Position numbers and translations under genes: made by a program
Shown: piece after piece, positions 9,577-17,063 of the stretch
Layout of the letters: each line of letters opens with the position of its first letter
Position numbering within the stretch: the stretch's first letter is position 1
The notes under the pieces: generated by a model
Seen by the model: only the letters and a program-made list of their open reading frames with translations
Databases searched by the model: none
What the model was told of the DNA's origin: nothing
DNA from: a virus
Taxonomy: Duplodnaviria; Heunggongvirae; Uroviricota; Caudoviricetes
Virus record (IMG/VR): IMGVR_UViG_2675903433_000026
Location: 1 to 22,141 of that record
Strand: one strand, 5' to 3'
Length of the DNA: 22,141 nt

Positions 9577-9853
9577 GTTGTAACCCTTGAATATCAACCA
9601 CAGAAAGCTCGTCTTTGTAGAAAAAGGCCAGGTTGTGGCACCCCCTCGTTTGAGCGTATGAGCTGGGACCAATTTCGTTCTTCCAGACAAATGGCTTCAA
9701 ATCCGTACGGCGAAGCATAAAAACGCGATTTGTTCCGCTCTGATTCCCAATGAGGCAAAAGCCTTCTTTCACCTTGATAGCCTGCAAGTTGTCGAGTTCA
9801 CCGCTGGTTACACGGCTATCGAACTCCTTGCGGCTTATTAGCTCCATCTGCAT
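9569..9853 (-). CDS. Small protein upstream of hrdC (uhr-like); start placed at an internal ATG with GGAG Shine-Dalgarno
   Basis: ORF overlaps the hrdC start. The ORF-track start at 9925 is a TTG that lies inside the operator at 9925-9941, so the ATG at 9853 is preferred. No recognisable domain. Confidence 0.45.
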   Translation of the reverse strand: MQMELISRKEFDSRVTSGELDNLQAIKVKEGFCLIGNQSGTNRVFMLRRTDLKPFVWKNEIGPSSYAQTRGCHNLAFFYKDELSVVDIQGLQHV

Positions 9854-9924
9854 CTGACGACTCCAAACAAATGCCCATTGAAGGGCGATGGCTGAATGGT
9901 ACCGAAAACACGACATAAAAAACA

Positions 9925-9941
9925 ATATTTATTAGAGCAAT
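9925..9941 (-). promoter_or_regulatory. C1-repressor-type operator (16/17 match) at the head of the uhr-hrdC-dmt operon
   Basis: Minus strand reads ATTGCTCTAATAAATAT; located in the divergent intergenic region between the minus-strand uhr/hrdC/dmt genes and the plus-strand genes from 10023. Confidence 0.65.
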
Positions 9942-10022
9942 TTTACAGTAAGTAAACGCCATACAGACCACAAATAACCTAAGTTAAAATAACGAAAATC
10001 AGAGCAAATCATTGGTGATGAC

Positions 10023-10307
10023 GTGGAAAGTATTGCAACAAAAGACAGCATTTGTTCGGGGCACGGAGGATTCCCATCCAGGCCTCCTGTAGAGAGTGAA
10101 CCACTACTTAAAGTCAACGGAGTCGAAGTGTTAGTTGATGGTAAGCAATATGCACAGCATACCGATGGAAACAGTACGCACGGTGGGCAAGCTATATCAA
10201 CCAGGGCATGGTTTACCGTCAATGGTAAAGGGGTCGTATGCGTTGGTGACCCTGTTTCATGCGGCTCTACCGTAGCGTCAGGAGACGGCCTGGTTCAGGT
10301 AAGTTAG
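10023..10307 (+). CDS. Small Gly/Cys-rich protein, PAAR-repeat-like (94 aa, GTG start)
   Basis: Repeated beta-strand-like motifs around CSGHGG, VNGVEVLVDG, STHGG and VNGKGVVCVGDPVSCG resemble PAAR/spike-tip repeat proteins. No in-frame ATG, so only a GTG start is possible. Weak assignment. Confidence 0.3.
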   Translation: MESIATKDSICSGHGGFPSRPPVESEPLLKVNGVEVLVDGKQYAQHTDGNSTHGGQAISTRAWFTVNGKGVVCVGDPVSCGSTVASGDGLVQVS

Positions 10308-10316
10308 GAGATATCA

Positions 10317-11104
10317 TGCTGGAAAAAGACTACCAGTTATCCGCATATAAAAAATTGGCCGCAGCCGGTGGGATGAAAACACCTGGTGCCATAACATCGG
10401 CACGAAACAGTGCTAACACGGCAAAACAGCTTGCAGAAGAATTGATCGGATTAATTTTGGATACAATTGTCTATCCCGACACTATTACCAGCTATGTTTC
10501 AACGATCAGAACAACCACAACCGGCTTAACGAACATTGGAGAACTGGCAACTAAGCACGCGGACCTGTTGGCTGGTTATGCAGATCTGTCAATGCTGCTT
10601 CAACTCGATATTGGTTGGGATGTTTACTGCCGTGCTAATGAGCGAGAAGTATCAGAACTGCCTATCTCTATTGCCATTGGTGATGTGACTATTACTAAAT
10701 CGCTTGAGGACGCTGTAAACGCGCTTAATACATCAAGTTTAGTCGCTGCTATGGGTGAGATTAACCAGACCCTTAACACTGGCTCAGGAAGCTCGTCAGG
10801 CTCTGGTTCAGGCGGCGGCACTGCCACTCCACCACCAGCACTAACAGAAGAGCAAATTGAATCTCTGAAAGTAGCAACTGAACAGTTTGGGGTTGTTTTC
10901 AACCAGACAACAGCGCCCACAACTGCGTTACAACAGCAGTATGAACGAGCGAATGAAAGCGCCAACGTAGCCATAACTGCTTATAACCATGCTATCGGTA
11001 CCGCGCTTGCGGAAGCATCAGCAAATAAGGCCAGCACAGCCAGCGCAGTCGCCGCTTTGGTTCCTGATTCTGTTCTTGATGAATTAAACAAAGCGGCACG
11101 GTAA
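10317..11104 (+). CDS. Hypothetical two-domain protein (262 aa) with a central Gly/Ser/Pro linker
   Basis: AGGAG Shine-Dalgarno then ATG at 10317. Linker TGSGSSSGSGSGGGTATPPP separates an N-terminal domain from an Ala/Gln-rich C-terminal domain. No TM segment and no recognisable catalytic motif. Confidence 0.5.
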
Positions 11105-11143
11105 CAAAGGACTTCATTGATAATTTTTCTTCAGGAGGAAGAC

Positions 11144-11566
11144 ATGTCATTCTTTTCTACGTTAAAAACAGCTTTGTCTTTGAAGGAGAAACTTGCTGCT
11201 ACTGGTGTTCTTGTTCTGATTTGCGCACTTGTTGGTGCTGGGTTTGCATGGGAACGTCATCAGCTAAAGCAAGCCATGGAGAAAATTGGCAGTCTTGATC
11301 AGGCTGTTAAGGAACGTGATAAGTCAATAATGGATCTTAACCAGACCATTGAGACGATGAACAAAGCAGAGCAACATTTTCACAGCCAGGAAGTGAAAAA
11401 TGAATCAGAACAAGCCAAATATGCTGACAGGCAAATGGAACGAAAAGCTGAAGTTCAGAAACAACTGGTTGCGGCGGGTAATGTTCGCCAGCGCATTCCT
11501 GCTGACACTCAGCGGTTGCTCCGGGAGTCGATCAGCGAATTTAACGCCGACGCCGACAAAGGTTAA
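11144..11566 (+). CDS. Inner-membrane spanin (Rz-like, i-spanin)
   Basis: AGGAGG Shine-Dalgarno; N-terminal TM helix (TGVLVLICALVGAGFAW) followed by a coiled-coil periplasmic domain; C-terminal VAAGNVRQRI resembles the lambda Rz VAAGRRRLHI region. Confidence 0.7.
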   Translation: MSFFSTLKTALSLKEKLAATGVLVLICALVGAGFAWERHQLKQAMEKIGSLDQAVKERDKSIMDLNQTIETMNKAEQHFHSQEVKNESEQAKYADRQMERKAEVQKQLVAAGNVRQRIPADTQRLLRESISEFNADADKG

Positions 11567-11732
11567 CCACCCTGCCCCCAAAAGTGCGTTTATGTGCAGG
11601 ATGCCAGAGTTTAGCAGTGAATATTTTGATGATCTGCCAGCGTATATCCTCGATACAGAAACGATGCTGATGGGGATTAACAGGAAGAATCGCAACGTTA
11701 ATGATTACAACCGCGCTATCAGCGGTAACTAA
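11481..11732 (+). CDS. Outer-membrane lipoprotein spanin (Rz1-like, o-spanin), +1 frame, overlapping the 3' end of the i-spanin gene
   Basis: Lipoprotein signal MFASAFLLTLSGC (lipobox LSGC), Pro-rich mature region (TPTPTKVNHPAP), one additional Cys. Starts inside the Rz-like gene and extends beyond it (overlapped architecture). Confidence 0.65.
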   Translation: MFASAFLLTLSGCSGSRSANLTPTPTKVNHPAPKSAFMCRMPEFSSEYFDDLPAYILDTETMLMGINRKNRNVNDYNRAISGN

Positions 11733-11743
11733 AAGGGATTTTT

Positions 11744-12136
11744 ATGTCTGATAAAGTAACAGTAAAGCAAACTATCAACAAAGCGACTTCAATCTACAAA
11801 ATTGAGCACATCACTGTTGGCAAGCCAGGATCTGAACAATACCGTCATGCTTTCGAGCTTGCCGATCAGCTTGGTTTAAAACACCCGGATTGCATCGAGC
11901 ATGTATTTCCGACCTATGCTGATGAGCAATGTACTCATGTTCTTACCGAAGAGGATTTTTTCAGCACTGAAGAACGAGAAGGCGTTGATCGCTGCATTGG
12001 TGTGATTTGCTCTTCAGTGAGTTATGAGTTATTCCCTAATGTCCATGAAAATGGTGGTATTGGATACCAATTCCTGTACGAAGGCGATGAGCTTAAATGT
12101 TATGAACATGGTCTTCTTATCGAAAGCGTAGAATAA
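11744..12136 (+). CDS. Small acidic Cys/His-rich hypothetical protein (130 aa)
   Basis: AAGGGA Shine-Dalgarno; residues HPDC, EQCTH, DRC, CSS and KCYEHG suggest possible metal binding; followed by a terminator hairpin. Confidence 0.5.
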   Translation: MSDKVTVKQTINKATSIYKIEHITVGKPGSEQYRHAFELADQLGLKHPDCIEHVFPTYADEQCTHVLTEEDFFSTEEREGVDRCIGVICSSVSYELFPNVHENGGIGYQFLYEGDELKCYEHGLLIESVE

Positions 12137-12150
12137 TACCCTTCCTTCCA

Positions 12151-12175
12151 ACCGGCTATGTTGGCCGGTTTATTC
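12151..12175 (+). terminator. Rho-independent terminator-like hairpin
   Basis: Stem ACCGGC/GCCGGT with 7-nt loop, followed by a T-rich tract (TTTATT). Confidence 0.55.
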
Positions 12176-12178
12176 AAC

Positions 12179-12286
12179 TTATCCACAGCATAGATCCAAT
12201 AAACAGATCCTAAAGAGAACCCAGGAAGATCCAAAGAAGATCCCGGATCGCTGTAAGCCGCGCCATTTCTGGCCTGAAATGGGATC
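12179..12286. promoter_or_regulatory. Replication origin elements: DnaA box plus a cluster of GATC (Dam) sites
   Basis: Perfect DnaA box TTATCCACA at 12179-12187; five GATC sites within 12193-12249, embedded in repeated AGATCC-type heptamers, and a sixth at 12283-12286. A DnaA-like box with one mismatch (TTATCAACA) lies on the minus strand at 12414-12422. Confidence 0.75.
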
Positions 12287-12287
12287 A

Positions 12288-12394
12288 ACATTGACTATAC
12301 GCGATTTTATGTTGACTGTGCACGATTTATTGTTGACTGCACGCGATTTATTGTTGACTATATGCGACAGAAACATTGACTGTACGCGATTTTA
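12288..12394 (+). repeat. Five direct iterons (about 21-22 bp period) upstream of repA (origin/incC-type)
   Basis: Units (c/t)aTTGACTnTacGCGAtTTa at about 12288, 12310, 12331, 12352 and 12374. Confidence 0.85.
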
Positions 12395-12469
12395 GAGCCT
12401 GACTATTCACAGTTGTTGATAACTGCAATCCAGATGACGCCAGGCCGCGCCACATATGGAGAAACCACG

Positions 12470-13354
12470 ATGCTGGAAGAAAATAAAGGCTTCCTTAGCG
12501 TTGAAGAAGTTGCAGGAAATACAGGAGAAATCCACAGCCTGAAACCCAATAACAATAGCACTATACAACCCATTGCTTTGTTGCGCTTAGGTGTGTTTGT
12601 GCCAACCTTAAAATCTACCAATGTGGCACTACGTCGCGGATCGTCAGTTACTACAAACACAACGAACGCAACCGAAGAACTATCAAGCCTCAAAATTGTT
12701 GAGCAGGAAGGCTATGAGGGAATTGAAATTCATGGTCCACGCCTGGATATGGATACTGATTTTAAGGTGTGGGTGGGCATAACCTCCGCGTTGTTTGACT
12801 ACGCACCTGATGATGACGGCATAATCACCCTGCCATTCTCCGAGTTTGCCGATCGATGCGGCTATCCACGTAAGCGCCTTTCAAAGGCGTTCCGTAAAAG
12901 TATTGATGACTCTCTGACACGCATTCAGCAGACAGTTGTCAAATTCCGCTTCCCGGCGGCAAAAGGTCATCTCAATAACATTAACGTCAACTTGTTGGCA
13001 TATAGCAGCCTGAATACCGAGCTTGATGTTATCGAGATCCAGCCGCAGAAACAGCTATCTGAACTTTACTATGTTGACTATAAGCGAATCCTGAAGCTGA
13101 AGATGCTGGATAAGCTCGGGCGCAAAGAGACGGCCAAGGTACTGTATACATTCTTTGAGGCTCTACCCGCCAACCCGGCACCTGTCAGCATTGAGCGCCT
13201 TAGAGCAAGGCTTAATCTCAAATCATCCGTTAGCGTGCAAAATAGCGTTATCAGAAAAGCCATGAAAGATTTGGAAGCTATTGAATATCTTAAATTTTCA
13301 GAGATAAAAAACGGCAGGAAAATCGGCTTTCAGATCCATAAGCGCAATCCATAA
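12470..13354 (+). CDS. repA: Iteron-binding replication initiator RepA (294 aa from the ATG at 12470)
   Basis: Positioned between the two iteron arrays; GGAGA Shine-Dalgarno before the ATG at 12470 (the ORF track begins at 12413). Protein shows the conserved core pattern (ALLRLGVFVP, GPRLDMDTDFKVW) I recognise from P1-type RepA initiators. Confidence 0.8.
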   Translation: MLEENKGFLSVEEVAGNTGEIHSLKPNNNSTIQPIALLRLGVFVPTLKSTNVALRRGSSVTTNTTNATEELSSLKIVEQEGYEGIEIHGPRLDMDTDFKVWVGITSALFDYAPDDDGIITLPFSEFADRCGYPRKRLSKAFRKSIDDSLTRIQQTVVKFRFPAAKGHLNNINVNLLAYSSLNTELDVIEIQPQKQLSELYYVDYKRILKLKMLDKLGRKETAKVLYTFFEALPANPAPVSIERLRARLNLKSSVSVQNSVIRKAMKDLEAIEYLKFSEIKNGRKIGFQIHKRNP

Positions 13355-13625
13355 TATTGACTATATGCGATAGCGAGAAGTTGACTATAGGCGACATTCG
13401 TTGACGCTGGTGGATTTTTGCTGGCGTCAATATTCTGCAAGTCGCTATTGAGATGGCTTTTAGGGTCATTTCATCGCGTATAGTCAACGTTTCTCCCGAC
13501 AATATCTTACATAGTCGATCTTTGGTGGAGTTAAATCGACTACAGTCAACTTTTGACTGTAGTCACATCGCGCATAGTCAACTATTCACATTAACTTTCG
13601 CGCATAGTCAACATTTGCGCGGTTC
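13355..13625. repeat. Downstream iteron array in both orientations (incA-type copy-control locus)
   Basis: About nine copies of the TTGACTATA(G/T)GCG-type iteron or its reverse complement (CGCGCATAGTCAAC and similar). Confidence 0.8.
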
Positions 13626-13646
13626 TCATCAAGCAGTGGTATTGAT

Positions 13647-13982
13647 ATGCAAGAAGAGAAACAACACTACCTCTACGTTCTGGTGCCGGAGAACGGAGAT
13701 ACTTTTAAAATCGGCATTTCATGTGGTCCATTGGCACGGTTTAAAGGGCTACAAGTGAGTCCCGATTTTGCGCTTTCACGGGTCTATCGTGGTACGCGTT
13801 TGGCAATGGTTAATCTTGAGCGGGCTTTACACGCAACCTTTTTCCCCTGGAATGCGCCGTGGGAGAAAAGCGCCGGTGGCGGGCATACTGAATGGTTTAC
13901 ACGAGAGTGTCTTGATAAGGTTTTGGCTCATATCGAATATCTAAATGATATGTGGGGAGGGATTCTCGAGCGCATTAAGTAG
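13647..13982 (+). CDS. T5orf172-type (GIY-YIG-related) domain protein (111 aa)
   Basis: Pattern YLYVLVPENGDTFKIGIS ... LERALHATFF ... HTEWF matches the T5orf172 domain signature; ends at TAG 13980-13982. Confidence 0.6.
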   Translation: MQEEKQHYLYVLVPENGDTFKIGISCGPLARFKGLQVSPDFALSRVYRGTRLAMVNLERALHATFFPWNAPWEKSAGGGHTEWFTRECLDKVLAHIEYLNDMWGGILERIK

Positions 13983-14051
13983 AATGATTTACTTCAGCGT
14001 CCAGTAGATGCTGCTCGCTCTTTCGAAAAAGAACTGGATGTTACTTCTATC

Positions 14052-14456
14052 GTGACTTTCAAAGATGACGCAGGAATGAGGGACGTGGCTTATGTCTCCA
14101 TATCTGGCTATGAACCGGACGCGATCCGCGCTCAATGTGAATTGCTGAAAGCAATGTTTATGCTTCGGACTAAATATCCCTGGGAGACAGGGCGGGTGTG
14201 CTTCCCTATGGAAGAGTTAACCGCCACCATTGATTCTCAGCTTTACCACGATAATCCAGAGAAGTTTTTTAGCCTTTTAGCCGGTAATGGGCTTAACTGT
14301 GTGTCCGGGCTGGGGCGAAGTAGAATCCAACATGCCTCGCTCTTCGGTCCCTTCTTTTACGATCGACACGGGTACTTTGAGGCTGAACTTCCGGCGCTTA
14401 CGCGTGCTATAGATACTATCGATTTCGAACGATTATTCGCTGCTCTTAGCAAATAA
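14052..14456 (+). CDS. Hypothetical protein (134 aa from GTG; first in-frame ATG at 14076), in the same frame as the upstream T5orf172 ORF
   Basis: Open frame continues immediately after the TAG at 13980; no good ribosome-binding site before the GTG or ATG; followed by a strong terminator. Confidence 0.4.
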   Translation: MTFKDDAGMRDVAYVSISGYEPDAIRAQCELLKAMFMLRTKYPWETGRVCFPMEELTATIDSQLYHDNPEKFFSLLAGNGLNCVSGLGRSRIQHASLFGPFFYDRHGYFEAELPALTRAIDTIDFERLFAALSK

Positions 14457-14463
14457 CACTGAT

Positions 14464-14485
14464 GCCCCTGAACGGGGCTTTTTTG
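14464..14485 (+). terminator. Rho-independent terminator
   Basis: GCCCC-TGAAC-GGGGC hairpin followed by TTTTTT. Confidence 0.75.
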
Positions 14486-14624
14486 TGCCTTTCTTGTAAC
14501 TCTCAATCGTGCAAAATGAACAAAACATGCAGAGAATGCCATGTACAAGCATCTACGCATACATTATTATTTTATGCAGCATTTTTAATTAAATTCAAAA
14601 ATACAGCATAAAGGATGACTTTCG

Positions 14625-15821
14625 ATGAGTGATTCCAGCCAGCTTCACAAGGTTGCTCAAAGAGCAAACAGAATGCTCAATGTTCTGACTGAACAAGTAC
14701 AGTTGCAAAAGGATGAGCTACACGCGAACGAGTTTTACCAGGTCTATGCGAAAGCGGCACTGGCAAAATTGCCTCTACTGACTCGAGCGAACGTTGACTA
14801 TGCCGTAAGTGAAATGGAAGAAAAGGGTTATGTTTTCGATAAACGCCCTGCTGGCTCTTCAATGAAATATGCGATGTCAATTCAGAACATCATTGACATA
14901 TATGAACATCGCGGAGTGCCAAAATACCGGGATCGCTACAGCGAAGCGTATGTGATTTTCATCTCCAATCTTAAAGGCGGTGTGTCAAAAACTGTATCGA
15001 CGGTTTCTCTGGCGCATGCAATGCGTGCTCACCCTCATCTTCTGATGGAAGATTTAAGGATTCTGGTTATTGACCTTGATCCGCAATCTTCAGCAACGAT
15101 GTTTTTAAGCCATAAACACTCTATTGGTATCGTAAACGCAACATCTGCACAGGCTATGTTGCAGAATGTAAGCCGTGAAGAGCTGTTAGAGGAGTTTATT
15201 GTTCCTTCTGTTGTACCTGGGGTTGACGTTATGCCTGCGTCGATTGACGATGCCTTTATTGCATCCGATTGGAGAGAGCTGTGCAATGAGCATCTACCGG
15301 GTCAGAACATCCATGCTGTCCTGAAAGAAAATGTGATTGATAAGCTGAAGAGCGATTATGACTTTATCCTCGTTGATAGTGGTCCTCACCTTGACGCCTT
15401 CCTGAAAAATGCTTTGGCCTCGGCCAATATACTGTTTACACCTCTGCCGCCAGCAACTGTCGATTTCCACTCATCGCTTAAATACGTTGCCCGCCTTCCT
15501 GAGTTGGTGAAACTCATTTCGGATGAAGGCTGCGAGTGCCAGCTTGCGACTAACATTGGTTTTATGTCCAAGTTGAGTAACAAGGCAGATCATAAGTATT
15601 GCCATAGCCTGGCTAAAGAAGTGTTCGGTGGGGATATGCTCGATGTCGTCCTCCCTCGCCTTGACGGTTTTGAACGTTGCGGCGAGTCTTTTGACACTGT
15701 TATTTCAGCTAACCCGGCAACGTATGTTGGTAGTGCTGATGCATTGAAGAACGCGCGAATTGCCGCGGAAGATTTTGCTAAAGCAGTTTTTGACCGTATT
15801 GAATTTATCAGATCTAACTGA
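14625..15821 (+). CDS. parA: Partition ATPase ParA (type Ia, with N-terminal DNA-binding extension; 398 aa)
   Basis: Deviant Walker A KGGVSKT, length and N-terminal helix-turn-helix extension typical of P1-type ParA; placed immediately upstream of parB and parS. Confidence 0.95.
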   Translation: MSDSSQLHKVAQRANRMLNVLTEQVQLQKDELHANEFYQVYAKAALAKLPLLTRANVDYAVSEMEEKGYVFDKRPAGSSMKYAMSIQNIIDIYEHRGVPKYRDRYSEAYVIFISNLKGGVSKTVSTVSLAHAMRAHPHLLMEDLRILVIDLDPQSSATMFLSHKHSIGIVNATSAQAMLQNVSREELLEEFIVPSVVPGVDVMPASIDDAFIASDWRELCNEHLPGQNIHAVLKENVIDKLKSDYDFILVDSGPHLDAFLKNALASANILFTPLPPATVDFHSSLKYVARLPELVKLISDEGCECQLATNIGFMSKLSNKADHKYCHSLAKEVFGGDMLDVVLPRLDGFERCGESFDTVISANPATYVGSADALKNARIAAEDFAKAVFDRIEFIRSN

Positions 15822-15837
15822 GGAGTAAGAAACCCCC

Positions 15838-16839
15838 ATGTCAAAGAAAAACAGACCAACAATTGGGCGAACCCTTAATCCTTCAATATTAAGCGGATTT
15901 GATAGTTCTTCAGCCTCTGGCGATCGAGTCGAGCAGGTATTCAAGTTATCAACTGGTCGCCAGGCCACATTTATTGAAGAGGTAATACCTCCGAACCAGG
16001 TAGAAAGCGATACCTTTGTTGATCAGCATAACAACGGGCGTGACCAGGCATCTCTTACGCCAAAATCATTAAAAAGTATCCGAAGCACTATTAAGCATCA
16101 GCAATTTTACCCTGCAATAGGTGTTAGACGGGGTACAGGGAAAATTGAAATTTTGGATGGTTCCCGGCGTCGAGCTTCTGCCATCTTAGAGAACGTAGGG
16201 TTGCGGGTTTTAGTCACGGACCAGGAGATCAGCGTTCAGGAAGCGCAAAATTTAGCGAAAGACGTTCAGACAGCATTGCAGCACAGCATTCGAGAAATAG
16301 GTCTGCGTTTGATGCGAATGAAAAATGATGGGATGAGTCAGAAGGATATTGCAGCCAAAGAAGGGCTGTCTCAGGCTAAGGTCACGCGTGCTCTCCAGGC
16401 AGCGAGTGCTCCGGAAGAATTAGTCGCCCTTTTCCCTGTGCAGTCGGAATTAACCTTTTCGGACTACAAAACGCTTTGTGCTGTTGGCGACGAAATGGGG
16501 AACAAGAATTTAGAGTTTGATCAGCTTATTCAAAACATATCCCCGGAAATAAACGACATCTTATCCATTGAAGAAATGGCCGAAGATGAAGTTAAAAATA
16601 AAATCCTGCGCTTGATAACAAAGGAAGCCTCACTACTCACGGATAAAGGTTCTAAAGATAAGTCCGTAGTTACTGAATTATGGAAATTTGAGGACAAGGA
16701 TCGCTTTGCAAGGAAGCGCGTGAAAGGCCGTGCATTTTCTTATGAGTTTAATCGACTTTCAAAAGAGCTACAGGAAGAACTCGACAGGATGATTGGGCAT
16801 ATCCTTAGAAAGAGCCTCGATAAAAAGCCGAAGCCTTAA
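15838..16839 (+). CDS. parB: Centromere-binding partition protein ParB (333 aa)
   Basis: ParB/Spo0J-like core (GRRRASA arginine-rich motif), helix-turn-helix region, follows parA after a 16-nt gap; parS immediately downstream. Confidence 0.95.
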   Translation: MSKKNRPTIGRTLNPSILSGFDSSSASGDRVEQVFKLSTGRQATFIEEVIPPNQVESDTFVDQHNNGRDQASLTPKSLKSIRSTIKHQQFYPAIGVRRGTGKIEILDGSRRRASAILENVGLRVLVTDQEISVQEAQNLAKDVQTALQHSIREIGLRLMRMKNDGMSQKDIAAKEGLSQAKVTRALQAASAPEELVALFPVQSELTFSDYKTLCAVGDEMGNKNLEFDQLIQNISPEINDILSIEEMAEDEVKNKILRLITKEASLLTDKGSKDKSVVTELWKFEDKDRFARKRVKGRAFSYEFNRLSKELQEELDRMIGHILRKSLDKKPKP

Positions 16840-16843
16840 ACTT

Positions 16844-16926
16844 TCGCCATTCAAATTTCACTATTAACCTACTGTTTTTAAAGTAAATCCATCTAAAATT
16901 TCAAGGTGAAATCGCCACGATTTCAC
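16844..16926. promoter_or_regulatory. parS: parS partition site (centromere)
   Basis: Box B TCGCCA at 16844-16849 and 16912-16917; Box A ATTTCAC at 16855-16861 and 16920-16926 with an inverted copy GTGAAAT at 16906-16912; AT-rich putative IHF-binding region between the arms. Confidence 0.85.
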
Positions 16927-17063
16927 CTTGGATTTTACCTTCCTCCCCTACTCCCGAAAAAATAAAAAAATTGCTTGTCACGAGAAAGTCAACAAGTGAC
17001 TTTCAATAAAATCTCTTCCGAAAAGGGATTCACACAAGTGCCTTGTGTTTAAGGAAGAGTAAA

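Noticed and set aside
12288-13625. Short tandem repeats that could be mistaken for a CRISPR array
   Set aside because: The repeats are about 19-22 bp with very short or no spacers, occur in both orientations, and flank a repA gene. This is the pattern of plasmid iterons, not CRISPR repeat-spacer units. No cas genes are present.
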